Origin: a virus | Reading direction: 5' to 3' (one strand) | IMG/VR virus record: IMGVR_UViG_3300032307_000723 | Span: 53,614-117,613 of that record | DNA: 64,000 nucleotides | Part shown: positions 27,667 to 37,442 of the stretch, in pieces | Position numbering within the stretch: the first letter of the stretch is position 1 | Layout: every line of letters begins with the position of its first letter | Notes under the pieces: generated by a model | Seen by the model: only the letters and a program-made list of their open reading frames with translations | What the model was told of the DNA's origin: nothing | The model's database searches: none | Program-made: the position numbers and the translations under genes

Positions 27667-27935
27667 TACGCCATATTTTTTAATACTGAGTTGATGATAT
27701 CTATGGACTCCTTATCTTGTTTGGTCTTAACCTTTTTATTCTTCAAGAATTCCAGTGACTCCAATAATTCTTCTTTTTTAGTTACGGGTTTTTGTTGAGG
27801 TTTTGCGATAGAAACATTACCATATTCAAGGTTGGATTTAATTTCCGGTCTGAATATGGTTTCATAAAGTTTAATTGATTCATCTGTATTCTTAACAATT
27901 AAACGAATAACTAAAAGTGTAAGTAATTTTCTCAT
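27666..27935 (-). CDS. Hypothetical protein
   Basis: TACCTTTG at 27940-27947 on the - strand just upstream. Confidence 0.65.
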   Translation of the reverse strand: MRKLLTLLVIRLIVKNTDESIKLYETIFRPEIKSNLEYGNVSIAKPQQKPVTKKEELLESLEFLKNKKVKTKQDKESIDIINSVLKNMA

Positions 27936-27998
27936 ACGACAAAGGTATGGAAATGTTTTATCTTATACAAAAAAAAACGAAGATAAATTATCTTCGTT

Positions 27999-28289
27999 TT
28001 ATATAATTTGATGTTTTTGCCAAAAGTCTTTAATATGTTCGTAAAAGTTATTACGAATGTATTGTTTTATTTGATTTCTAAATATGATATAGTTATCACC
28101 ATCAATATTAGATTCGTTAGCCATTTCTACTGCGACAGCATCCGAGATATGTAAGATTAGATGGTCTAAAGGTACAAAATATAAATCATTTTGAAGTTTC
28201 GCCATCATAAGTTGATTGTCGACTCTTTTTTTCATATCTGACTCTCGTCTGAGTAATCTATATTGGTTTTCTGTTATAATGTATTTCAT
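27999..28289 (-). CDS. MKYIITE-leader protein
   Basis: MKYIITENQYRLLRRE. Confidence 0.8.
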   Translation of the reverse strand: MKYIITENQYRLLRRESDMKKRVDNQLMMAKLQNDLYFVPLDHLILHISDAVAVEMANESNIDGDNYIIFRNQIKQYIRNNFYEHIKDFWQKHQII

Positions 28290-28290
28290 A

Positions 28291-28662
28291 TTACCATTGA
28301 GGGTTTGTATTTAGATTAACTACTTCATATTTTATGTCAATCGGTAGTCCGGTTGATTTTCTAATGTTATATTGTAATTCATATATGAAGTCAGAGTAAT
28401 CTTTATATCTCATAAAATTATACATGATGTTAATTTTAAGGATTATCTTTGGGTTATGTTCGGATGGTAATGTTTCGGCATCGGTTACGGTTATGTATTC
28501 GATACTAAATATTGAATCACACATAATATAATCGTTTTCATCGTCATTACATATATCTTGAATTTCTTTGAACTCCCTATTGATTAGTTCTTGGAAGACT
28601 TGAAGTCGTTTGTTACCTTCAACAATGGTTTTATATTGTGATTCAGTTATAATGTATTTCAT
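28291..28662 (-). CDS. MKYIITE-leader protein
   Basis: MKYIITESQYKTIVE. Confidence 0.8.
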   Translation of the reverse strand: MKYIITESQYKTIVEGNKRLQVFQELINREFKEIQDICNDDENDYIMCDSIFSIEYITVTDAETLPSEHNPKIILKINIMYNFMRYKDYSDFIYELQYNIRKSTGLPIDIKYEVVNLNTNPQW

Positions 28663-28663
28663 A

Positions 28664-29032
28664 TTAAATAAAATCGTCAGTTATTTGGTTTACAATTAAT
28701 CCTGTATTCTCTTCAAACCATTTCTTAAACACGGGTTTCCAAATATCACCAAATAATGAGTTTAATTGTTGGCTAACCTTAGGATAAATTGATAGTAAAG
28801 GGCATTTATAATTATAAAGATGACCATCTTCAGAGCCATTTATAATTTCATTATCTGCGTTACATCCATAATAAATGTAAGAATCAACATCATTGATAAA
28901 AAAAACAAGGTCACCCCATCTATCAACATCTTCTTGATAACTATCGGTCCACCCATAATCCGGATAAAAGTTCTCATCCAAATAACTAATGATGGCGCTC
29001 TCTAATTTGCTTTCAGTGATAATGTATTTCAT
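28664..29032 (-). CDS. MKYIITE-leader protein
   Basis: Start moved to ATG 29032: MKYIITESKLESAIISYL. Confidence 0.8.
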   Translation of the reverse strand: MKYIITESKLESAIISYLDENFYPDYGWTDSYQEDVDRWGDLVFFINDVDSYIYYGCNADNEIINGSEDGHLYNYKCPLLSIYPKVSQQLNSLFGDIWKPVFKKWFEENTGLIVNQITDDFI

Positions 29033-29033
29033 C

Positions 29034-29423
29034 TTAGTCGTAGTATTCTTCATCTTCATCTTCATCTTCATCATCGTAGTAATAGGTATCAGAATTTGAT
29101 AACCATTCAAAATCGTGAATGTCTACGTTCAAATCATATTTTTGGTTAAACCAATTTATAATTGAGTTTATTGAGTCTTCACTACTCAACCCAAATAATT
29201 GAGCGATTTTTGTAACCAAATCATCTGAAATAGAAATGGATGGATAAGATTTATCAGGGTATGTTAATGAGTGTTGGATTTCATAACGAATAACATCATT
29301 ACCATGTTTCCCATCAGTAATATTAAATTCTCCGTCACCAATATCTGATGTGTCTAATCCTCGGTTATCCAAATATATGGAAACAAAGTTATTAATTTTT
29401 GATTCTTTTATGATGTATTTCAT
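29034..29423 (-). CDS. MKYII(K)E-leader protein with acidic tail
   Basis: MKYIIKESKINNFV; ends DDEDEDEDEEYYD. Confidence 0.8.
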   Translation of the reverse strand: MKYIIKESKINNFVSIYLDNRGLDTSDIGDGEFNITDGKHGNDVIRYEIQHSLTYPDKSYPSISISDDLVTKIAQLFGLSSEDSINSIINWFNQKYDLNVDIHDFEWLSNSDTYYYDDEDEDEDEEYYD

Positions 29424-29445
29424 AATTTATAAATAGTTCATGGAT

Positions 29446-29817
29446 TTAATCTATGAAACCTAATGACCTATCATCAATAGTTTCATGAGTATAACTTTCA
29501 TACCAATTAATTAATATGTTATGTGTCTCTCGATGGGTCAATCCAAATAATGACATAGTTTTAAGATAGAATGGTTTATTAACCATTAAAACTCTTTCAG
29601 TCGGACATTCTTCATCTTCTCCTTCATCTCCAATACAATCTTCATTTTCAAATGCTTCAAATATTGCATCTTCGGGAAATTGTGATTCACTTTTAAAGAA
29701 TAATCGTGTCATATCGCCCCATTCAGGGTCAGTATAATCGGCAATCTCCCAATCAATATCACTAAGATATTTGAATATGATATTATTTAATCTACTTTCA
29801 GTTATAATGTATTTCAT
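29446..29817 (-). CDS. MKYIITE-leader protein
   Basis: MKYIITESRLNNIIFKYL. Confidence 0.8.
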   Translation of the reverse strand: MKYIITESRLNNIIFKYLSDIDWEIADYTDPEWGDMTRLFFKSESQFPEDAIFEAFENEDCIGDEGEDEECPTERVLMVNKPFYLKTMSLFGLTHRETHNILINWYESYTHETIDDRSLGFID

Positions 29818-29818
29818 A

Positions 29819-30142
29819 TTATTTACATCTTGTATTATAGTATTTCACTAAGTATTTTCCAAATTTATCAACGAAGTAATAGTAGAGTGTGTCTTTATCT
29901 TTTGGTGACATCGTTTTACCATATTCATTTGAGAAATAATCAGAAGAAAGTTCCACCAAATTATCACAAGCGTCAGATACAAAATCACCAATACTATTAT
30001 AATCACATATATTACTCATATCATCAAGAACTCCCCATTCCAAATCATTCATCATGTTTTCAAATGGAAGTCTTCTACGAAATTCAGACGATAAATTTTC
30101 ATTTAGTAATTTGTATTGTGATTCGGTTATAATATATCTCAT
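29819..30142 (-). CDS. MRYIITE-leader protein
   Basis: MRYIITESQYKLLNE. Confidence 0.8.
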   Translation of the reverse strand: MRYIITESQYKLLNENLSSEFRRRLPFENMMNDLEWGVLDDMSNICDYNSIGDFVSDACDNLVELSSDYFSNEYGKTMSPKDKDTLYYYFVDKFGKYLVKYYNTRCK

Positions 30143-30456
30143 TATCTTCCATAAATTTTGTGAACCTCAATCCCATAATTGTCCAAAAACCACTTCTCCA
30201 TTATTGTTTTGGACCTAATCCAACCTAAATCAAAAACATTTTCAAGGTGGTTTACAATATGTTCTTTAAGTCCCGGTATTTCAATATACAAATTACCTGA
30301 ATCTGTGGCATAATAAAAAATTACCTTATTGTTTTCATTAACAAAATGTTTTAGATAAAGTCTTGGTTCATCAATTTCTTTCAATCCACCAAAAAAACCT
30401 CCAATATATTTGGAAATGAACTTATCTAATTGGTTTTCGGTTATAATATATTTCAT
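30142..30456 (-). CDS. MKYIITE-leader protein
   Basis: Start moved to ATG 30456: MKYIITENQLDKFISKYI. Confidence 0.8.
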   Translation of the reverse strand: MKYIITENQLDKFISKYIGGFFGGLKEIDEPRLYLKHFVNENNKVIFYYATDSGNLYIEIPGLKEHIVNHLENVFDLGWIRSKTIMEKWFLDNYGIEVHKIYGR

Positions 30457-30457
30457 C

Positions 30458-30829
30458 TTAGCTAACTGTTTTAACCGGTAAATCAAAATTTTTCATAAAC
30501 CAATTTTTAAATGGTTCGTGCCACATATCACCAAAATAACCGTTTAATTTTCTCTCATATTCATACTGAACACCAACCATTGGACAGATAGTTCTAGCAA
30601 AACTTCCTGGGTTAAAGTAATCACATTCGTGCCAATAAAAACATCCTTCATCTTCCCCCTCGTAATCACCTATGTAAAACACAACCCGATTAACATCATC
30701 CCATTCTTCACCTGTCTCTAAATCATAATCTAAAGGGTGTGTCCAATTAATATCATCGATGTTGAAAAGTTCATCTAAGTAATTGGTTATTGTTTCGTCC
30801 AATTTACTTTCGGTTATAATGTATTTCAT
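30458..30829 (-). CDS. MKYIITE-leader protein
   Basis: MKYIITESKLDETITNYL; TATTTAT upstream. Confidence 0.8.
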   Translation of the reverse strand: MKYIITESKLDETITNYLDELFNIDDINWTHPLDYDLETGEEWDDVNRVVFYIGDYEGEDEGCFYWHECDYFNPGSFARTICPMVGVQYEYERKLNGYFGDMWHEPFKNWFMKNFDLPVKTVS

Positions 30830-30900
30830 AATTTATAAATAGTTGACGAAATAAAAAAGGGGTTGGGGATTTAACGCCAGCCACCACACAACAGATTATG

Positions 30901-31623
30901 TTATTGAATTAATTTCCATTCATTATCGTGGGTAAGAACAAGAGCGGAGAAGTTTTCCACCCAATCACCTGAATTATAATATTTGATTCCGTTAATTTCT
31001 TTAATAGCGGGGATATGAATATGACCACAAATAACTCCATTACAATTAAGGGTTTTGGCGTAATCACAGGCATTAATCTCAAAGTCATTAATGAATGACA
31101 ATGCTTTCTTAAAGTTTTCTTTAATTACTTTAGAGATACTATAATATGGTTTACCGGTGAATTCTCTATACTTGTTGTACCAAGTATTAATTCTAAGTGC
31201 GAGGTCATACCCAATGGAACCAATCTGAGTAAGTAATTTATATTTGGTTGTGATATCAATCTTATCACCATGAAACACAAGGTATTTTTTATCATCAACA
31301 TTAAGGATATACTCATCCATGAACTTAATGTTTCCAAGTCCGGATGAATATAAATCTTTCACATCATTATCGTGGTTCCCTCTGATATAAATAATCTCGG
31401 TGTTACGGGACATATCCAATAGTTTAATCACCACTTTCATATGTTTATTCTTCCACTTGCTCCCACGATTAAGGGCATCAATATCAACAATGTCTCCGTT
31501 AAGGATAAGGACATCCGTTTTAATAGATTCGAGGAATTCAAGAATACGTTTTGGTTTACTATCCGTCATACCCAAATGTAGGTCGGACAATACAACACAC
31601 TTATACCCAATAGTTGTGGTCAT
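30901..31623 (-). CDS. LpxH-like metallophosphoesterase (UDP-2,3-diacylglucosamine hydrolase family)
   Basis: SDLHLG, NGDIVD, RGNHD, FHGD, GHIH, NSGDW. Confidence 0.85.
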   Translation of the reverse strand: MTTTIGYKCVVLSDLHLGMTDSKPKRILEFLESIKTDVLILNGDIVDIDALNRGSKWKNKHMKVVIKLLDMSRNTEIIYIRGNHDNDVKDLYSSGLGNIKFMDEYILNVDDKKYLVFHGDKIDITTKYKLLTQIGSIGYDLALRINTWYNKYREFTGKPYYSISKVIKENFKKALSFINDFEINACDYAKTLNCNGVICGHIHIPAIKEINGIKYYNSGDWVENFSALVLTHDNEWKLIQ

Positions 31624-32299
31624 CTTTAAAGAACTCAGGATTATATTTATTTTTTTCAGAAAGATACGCCATCTTAATCATATACCATAAACCTTTTTTT
31701 CTAAAACGTCTATCAGTTGTGAACACTATATCATCTGACACATGAAATTTATGAGAAAATACTTTCATACTAAGATGAAAGTCCTCGGCAAATTTATCTT
31801 CATTATCAAATCCGCCAAGTCTTTTAAACTCAGAGGTTTTAAATAACATAAATCCACCAATTGCGCATGGGGTACTTTTCATAAATTTATTTCTATAGAA
31901 CTCAAAGATGGGGAATACAAATGAATAAAACCCTTCAACTCTGAATTTGGTTGTAAGAAGAGTTAGTTGTCTATTCTTCATTTCTTTAATTGAGTTTGAT
32001 ATTGTGAATGGGTTTTGTAAGAAGATGTCGGCATCCAAGAATAATACATATGGGGTCTTAACCAATTCAGCTCCGTTGTTTCTTGCAACACTCGGTAAAC
32101 CACCGTCGATAATTTTAATTCTTAATTTTGTGTATTTTCCTGATTTAATGACCTCACGGGTATTATCATCAGAACAATCGGCAATAATTACTTGAGTGCC
32201 ATAGATACTATATTGTTTATTAAGTAAGGTAAGTGTTTTGTCTATAATCTCGCTCTCATTCTTAGAGGGGATTACAATAGTTAGTTTGTGTTTAATCAT
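31601..32299 (-). CDS. Glycosyltransferase family 2
   Basis: LTIVIPSKNE, IIADCSDDNT, ARNNGA, LFLDAD, AEDF; start moved to ATG 32299. Confidence 0.9.
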   Translation of the reverse strand: MIKHKLTIVIPSKNESEIIDKTLTLLNKQYSIYGTQVIIADCSDDNTREVIKSGKYTKLRIKIIDGGLPSVARNNGAELVKTPYVLFLDADIFLQNPFTISNSIKEMKNRQLTLLTTKFRVEGFYSFVFPIFEFYRNKFMKSTPCAIGGFMLFKTSEFKRLGGFDNEDKFAEDFHLSMKVFSHKFHVSDDIVFTTDRRFRKKGLWYMIKMAYLSEKNKYNPEFFKDDHNYWV

Positions 32300-32463
32300 A
32301 GATACAAATATAGTGATAAATACCTTAATAATCAAATACATGGAAAAAGGGATTTATATTACCAAAATATGTAATAATCTTCATTATTACCGAAATGTGT
32401 AATATCGGTCCTGAGCCTCATTAGAAAGGTGGGGTTTTTTATTCTACAGAGTATTTATTAGTA

Positions 32464-33453
32464 ATGAAAAAATTATCAACAATAGCGGAACAATCCAACG
32501 AGCCAGCACTAAGAATAATCACCAAATTATTCAAGGTGTTAGATGAGGAAAAGAAAAAGAATAGAACAAGAGCGTCTTTATTAGAGGTTATTAAACGTAT
32601 GTCTCCATATTTTGGAATACCTAAAGGGTTTGAACAATATGTTTTGGAGTTATATATGTTAAATTACAGAAAAGATGGTGACTATTCAAATCTAACAAAG
32701 GAGAACTTTGTTGACCCAAGAAAACAAAGTGGGAAGGTTGTGTCAAATCCAAAGGCACAATTATACACAATTGCTCAATTACCATTTAGGGGTTCAAATA
32801 TGGAAGGATATTGGACTGAAGACCCAAAAGGTGTTCCATACTATAAAGTTACATCATACGGATGGTACCCGATTTACATATTCAAAGATGATAAGTGGTA
32901 TGAGGTAACACAAAACTATTCTTCATCCACGGCTAGACAAAAGAGTAACGCCAATCCTGTACTATGGAGTGATGAATTATATGATAGTGTATACACATTA
33001 ACTGCTGAGGAAATGAAATTATTAGAGAGGGGTTATAGTCACGAGGATGTAATGAAGAATAAGGTACAGAAATTAAAAAGTCTCCAACCTGAATTATCAA
33101 AGAGAAAGAAAACGGCAAAGACATATGGTTATAGGGGATTAAATCCGGACAACTATGTACCAAATACAAATATAAAGTTCCAAGTTAAGAACATAGATGT
33201 GGAAGATGACAAAGCCATCGTGGATATAGATATTTATGATGTTGTCAACAGAGAAGGTGGAAGACAAGTGGATACACCACAAAACTATTTAAAGGGTGAA
33301 ATTCCTGACCTTACTCCGGCCAAGGTGGAAGATGCCATCAGAATCAAAATGAGGGGAGAATTAAGAGACTATATCGGTAGGAGATTTAGATGGGTTGCTG
33401 AAGACCCAAAAGGGGCAAAAATAGAGTTTAGGTTTAATCATTTAAAACAATAA
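32464..33453 (+). CDS. Hypothetical protein
   Basis: 329 aa; TATTTAT upstream; first gene of the + strand array. Confidence 0.8.
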   Translation: MKKLSTIAEQSNEPALRIITKLFKVLDEEKKKNRTRASLLEVIKRMSPYFGIPKGFEQYVLELYMLNYRKDGDYSNLTKENFVDPRKQSGKVVSNPKAQLYTIAQLPFRGSNMEGYWTEDPKGVPYYKVTSYGWYPIYIFKDDKWYEVTQNYSSSTARQKSNANPVLWSDELYDSVYTLTAEEMKLLERGYSHEDVMKNKVQKLKSLQPELSKRKKTAKTYGYRGLNPDNYVPNTNIKFQVKNIDVEDDKAIVDIDIYDVVNREGGRQVDTPQNYLKGEIPDLTPAKVEDAIRIKMRGELRDYIGRRFRWVAEDPKGAKIEFRFNHLKQ

Positions 33454-33455
33454 GT

Positions 33456-34412
33456 ATGAATTTACAAGAGAACATACAGAGAATAAAACAGGTGATGGGA
33501 CTTCTTACAGAAGAAGAAAATCAACCTGCAACAAAAGGAGTTAATCACGGAGTTGTAATTAAGCAGCCATATCAACAAGGTCAAGAAGGAGAACAATTAA
33601 ATAGTTTTATAATCGGGGTTACTCATTTTGATGAAAAAAACCCTGTATACTTAGAACTTGATGATATTGACCCTTCAATTATTAATGATATAAAACAAGT
33701 TGCAACAAACTGTGGGTATTATTATGAGGGTGTGGGTGGAGACGACCTAAAGAACATCGAAAGATTCTTCAAAGAAGAATTAGGGTTAAATGTTACCGAA
33801 AAGATGAGAAAAGGAAGTTACGAACCAAAGATAGATAATGAGCAACCCGACAAAAAGTATTTCATGTATACTTTTTTTTCTAATGGGAATGCTGTGGATG
33901 AGAAAACTAAAGCACAATTAGACGGAATCAACCAAGATAAAATTTTATTAGACCAACTTTCCATATTAAAAAATAGCGGTCAAAAAATAAATTCAATTTA
34001 TGACTTAATTAAGTTTGGTGATGGGTCAAAGTTATTTTGGGATGGTAGTTTATCTTTTAATGATGAGGATAAAGACTGGTTTATTAAACAAATACAAGGA
34101 ACTCCTAACACACAAAATGTAATGGAGTTACTAAAAAGTGCACCAACACCTGAAAATATTAGAAAATTTATTCAGAGTGGGTTTGATGTTATGTGGGGGA
34201 ATTTTGATTCAAAAACGGATAATTTTGGGTACGAACAAGATATAAATAAAACTAAGAATTTATTGACCAAGATGGCAGAAATTGCCACACAAAAAAGAAG
34301 AGAATACATTAAAAACAATCTTGTTTGTGGGATTTATTTTATAGGTGAAGGACACATAAAATCTTGGCAAGAACAATTTGTGGGTACACAAGTATTTAAA
34401 AAAACAAAATAA
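33456..34412 (+). CDS. MNLQEN-leader protein
   Basis: MNLQENIQRIKQVMGLLTEEE. Confidence 0.8.
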   Translation: MNLQENIQRIKQVMGLLTEEENQPATKGVNHGVVIKQPYQQGQEGEQLNSFIIGVTHFDEKNPVYLELDDIDPSIINDIKQVATNCGYYYEGVGGDDLKNIERFFKEELGLNVTEKMRKGSYEPKIDNEQPDKKYFMYTFFSNGNAVDEKTKAQLDGINQDKILLDQLSILKNSGQKINSIYDLIKFGDGSKLFWDGSLSFNDEDKDWFIKQIQGTPNTQNVMELLKSAPTPENIRKFIQSGFDVMWGNFDSKTDNFGYEQDINKTKNLLTKMAEIATQKRREYIKNNLVCGIYFIGEGHIKSWQEQFVGTQVFKKTK

Positions 34413-35071
34413 TGAACTTAAACGAGAATATACAGAGAATCAAAGAAATGATGGGACTTGTTACCGAAGAAGAACAAAAGTCTTATGAAAGTAAACCTAT
34501 TGTATTAATAGGTCCACAAGGAACGGGAAAATCAACCACAGCAGAGGCACTTGCTAAAAAACTTGGTATACCATTAATCACAACGGATATGTTAATGATT
34601 GATGAAAAATACGAGGAAATGTGTAAAAATGAACCGGAAGTTGAGGTTGAGATTACACGAGTTAAAGGTGGGGGAATAAATTATTCATCAAACAAAGAAT
34701 ACGAGTTTTGTGTAATGAATAAGATATTTGATAATTATGATAATCAAAAAATAGTCCTTGATGTGGGAGGTTCACATGCAAAGTGGGATGACAAACATTC
34801 CGAAAGAATGCAAGAATTATTTAATTCAACACCAAATATTTTTATATTCAATGTTAGTGATGATGAAGATGAAACTTACGAATTCTTGAAAAAAAGAAGA
34901 GAAGGTAGAGGAGAACCAATATCACCTGAAAATGAAGTTAAGTTCAGAAATATTATAAGTGATTTAAATAATTTTTATAGAGGTACACAAAAAATATCAA
35001 TTATTGACAAAGATAAGAAATCAAAAACAACCGATGAGTTGGTTGATGAAATAATTACAAAATTAACATAG
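34412..35071 (+). CDS. MNLNEN-leader P-loop kinase (shikimate/NMP kinase-like)
   Basis: MNLNENIQRIKEMMGLVTEEE followed by IVLIGPQGTGKSTTAEALAKKLG and VLDVGG. Confidence 0.8.
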   Translation: MNLNENIQRIKEMMGLVTEEEQKSYESKPIVLIGPQGTGKSTTAEALAKKLGIPLITTDMLMIDEKYEEMCKNEPEVEVEITRVKGGGINYSSNKEYEFCVMNKIFDNYDNQKIVLDVGGSHAKWDDKHSERMQELFNSTPNIFIFNVSDDEDETYEFLKKRREGRGEPISPENEVKFRNIISDLNNFYRGTQKISIIDKDKKSKTTDELVDEIITKLT

Positions 35072-35490
35072 TGAAATTATACGAAGACATACATAAGATA
35101 CAATCAATGATGGGGGTTATAACTGAAGACAATAAGAATAATGTTATACGAAAAATGGTTGATTCTCTTGGATTAAAAACTACCATCCAAATGGTGGGGG
35201 ATTATTATGCAATTGAACCATATTTAACGGATGTTGATAAAGTTAACTACATTAAAGATAGAGTTTCAGAATTAGGTAGAGGTGGTATTAGTTTCCATGA
35301 TATGGATGAAGACTCAATTCTTGTTTATAAAAATGGTAATGAAGTAAAACAAATTGAATTCTTAGGTAAAGATAGAGCATATATTAACTCTTACTATCGT
35401 AACGCACTTGTGGGTGATGAAAGAGTTCCATATGAAGATTTACCGGGACAAATAATTGATGAGTTAACTGAGATATTAATCAATAAGTAA
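35071..35490 (+). CDS. Leader protein, paralog family ITEDK...IKKMID
   Basis: GTG start; MKLYEDIHKIQSMMGVITEDNK...IRKMVDSLG. Confidence 0.75.
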   Translation: MKLYEDIHKIQSMMGVITEDNKNNVIRKMVDSLGLKTTIQMVGDYYAIEPYLTDVDKVNYIKDRVSELGRGGISFHDMDEDSILVYKNGNEVKQIEFLGKDRAYINSYYRNALVGDERVPYEDLPGQIIDELTEILINK

Positions 35491-35493
35491 GAG

Positions 35494-35856
35494 ATGAATC
35501 TACAGGAGAACATAGAAAGAATTAGAGAAATGATGGGAATGGATAATCCTCGTCATACTTTCAATATACAGAAACTTGTTGACGATAATATTATTTTTGT
35601 TACAATGCCAGGTGATGGTCAGGGTGGTATTGCCGAACCAAATTGGGAAGGTGATTGTAGTGTACTTACATTAGACAACTTAACTGGCGAAGAAATTGAA
35701 TTAAATCCGTGGAGATTGGAAGCAATCAAACAACCTTTACCCGATTGTATTCCATATGTACAAGATAGACAAAATGATTGGAGTGATGAGAAATATTATC
35801 AAGTAATCAACTCTATAGAAAAAAATGGAGGGGATGTCAATAATTACATAATATGA
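35494..35856 (+). CDS. MNLQEN-leader protein
   Basis: MNLQENIERIREMMG. Confidence 0.78.
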   Translation: MNLQENIERIREMMGMDNPRHTFNIQKLVDDNIIFVTMPGDGQGGIAEPNWEGDCSVLTLDNLTGEEIELNPWRLEAIKQPLPDCIPYVQDRQNDWSDEKYYQVINSIEKNGGDVNNYII

Positions 35857-36290
35857 ATTTACAAGAGAACATAGAAAGAATACACGAGATAATGGGCGGG
35901 GTTATAACTGAAGACAAAATGGATAAGGTTATAAAGAACATGATTGATAGTGTAGGGATAGAAAGTACATTTAAAATGGTGGGTGACTACGATGTGGTGG
36001 AGAAATATTTTACAGATGAAGATAAGATTAATTATATTAAAGACCAATTTCATAAAATAAATGATGGTAATTTTTTTAGTCTTGAACAAATATGGCAAAA
36101 ACCAATTCAACTTGAAATACAAGAAGACGGGGTAAAGAGAGTTCAAATAGAGGGATTAAGTGAAAACCATGTGTCCGTTGTCAAATATAAGTTTAATGGT
36201 TCACCTATGAAGTATTATTCAAAATATGAAGTATTATCTTCGGAGACAATAGATAAATTATTTAGAATGATGTTAGGTCAATACATTTAG
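35853..36290 (+). CDS. MNLQEN-leader protein, ITEDK paralog
   Basis: MNLQENIERIHEIMGGVITEDK...IKNMIDSVG...MVGDY. Confidence 0.78.
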   Translation: MNLQENIERIHEIMGGVITEDKMDKVIKNMIDSVGIESTFKMVGDYDVVEKYFTDEDKINYIKDQFHKINDGNFFSLEQIWQKPIQLEIQEDGVKRVQIEGLSENHVSVVKYKFNGSPMKYYSKYEVLSSETIDKLFRMMLGQYI

Positions 36291-36292
36291 AT

Positions 36293-36595
36293 ATGAACTT
36301 AAAACAGGCCATAAGAAGAATATTAAGGGAAGAAGTTAACACCACAAATTATATCAGAAGAAGATATAATTGTATGGATGAATATATAACAAAATTAGAA
36401 AATGGGGAAGAAAGTCTTCCAATAAGAAGAGGACAATTAGATTGGACTACTTACCAAATAATGATAACCGCTTTTATAAGAAGTAATTGTCAAGACGATA
36501 ATGGGTATTATGACCCAAATTTACATTCAAATATTATGGATATATTTGGTGATAGACTATATCAATGGTATTATAAAAATAATATTAAGTTATGA
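36293..36595 (+). CDS. IRRILREE-leader protein
   Basis: MNLKQAIRRILREE. Confidence 0.75.
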   Translation: MNLKQAIRRILREEVNTTNYIRRRYNCMDEYITKLENGEESLPIRRGQLDWTTYQIMITAFIRSNCQDDNGYYDPNLHSNIMDIFGDRLYQWYYKNNIKL

Positions 36596-37005
36596 ACTTA
36601 AAACAAACCATAAGAAGAATATTAAGGGAAGAGTTATATTCTCCTGCAAGTGATGAATACACACCGGGGAAATTCATTGTTCACAAATCAAGTCCTGTAT
36701 GGAGGGAGAACATAGAACTTACCGGACTACAAGTATCGGTGGGGGATTGTTATCAACAGCACGTAGGTGGAGATGAAGAATGTAAAGAATCCATATTCGC
36801 CACAGATTCATTAGATGAAAGAGATATGTTTGATTCTACTTATGATGATGACATTTGGGTAATAGATACTGAATGTGCGGGAGTTACATGGTACAAAGAT
36901 AAACATTTTGATGGGGGTGATTACAAACATCATATAGTTACCTTCGAGAATATATCACCTGAGTGTATTAAACTAATGCATAAAGGAACGGGGAAAAGTT
37001 ATTAA
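36592..37005 (+). CDS. IRRILREE-leader protein with possible ADP-ribosyltransferase-like fold
   Basis: MNLKQTIRRILREE then IVHKS...NIELTGL...IFAT...IWVID, a pattern reminiscent of ART/KptA-like domains. Confidence 0.45.
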   Translation: MNLKQTIRRILREELYSPASDEYTPGKFIVHKSSPVWRENIELTGLQVSVGDCYQQHVGGDEECKESIFATDSLDERDMFDSTYDDDIWVIDTECAGVTWYKDKHFDGGDYKHHIVTFENISPECIKLMHKGTGKSY

Positions 37006-37006
37006 T

Positions 37007-37441
37007 ATGAGATTACAAGAGAATATACAGAGAATTAAACAGATAATGATTAAAGAAGATAAGGTACCATTAATTAAAAAAATGATTGATGATATTGGTC
37101 TTAAGAACACATTTAAGATGGTGGGGGATTACGACAAACTTGACCCCTACTTAACAGATTCTGATAAGATTAACTTTATTGAGAACAGTGTTTACAGATT
37201 ATCAGAGGAAATGGAAACTGTTCTCGTCGGTTTTGCCCTTCAAATTATTGGAGAAAACCCGATTCATTATGGTGAACAAGATGGGGAATTACATCTAATA
37301 GAATCTTTGTTTCCCAAATATGTGGAAGTTGATTATTATAGTGACAATATGGACACTTATTTAGGTGACTATAATGTTAGGTATGGTAGTTTACCCACAC
37401 AGGTATTAGATAAAATATTTAGAATGTTATTAGATAAGTAA
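37007..37441 (+). CDS. MRLQEN-leader protein, ITEDK paralog
   Basis: MRLQENIQRIKQIMIKEDK...IKKMIDDIG...MVGDY. Confidence 0.78.
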   Translation: MRLQENIQRIKQIMIKEDKVPLIKKMIDDIGLKNTFKMVGDYDKLDPYLTDSDKINFIENSVYRLSEEMETVLVGFALQIIGENPIHYGEQDGELHLIESLFPKYVEVDYYSDNMDTYLGDYNVRYGSLPTQVLDKIFRMLLDK

Positions 37442-37442
37442 T

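Noticed and set aside
29040-29110. ORF-track N-terminus MMKMKMKMK suggesting a repeat peptide
   Set aside because: It is an off-frame reading of the GATGAA repeats encoding the acidic tail of 29034-29423; the real start is ATG 29032.
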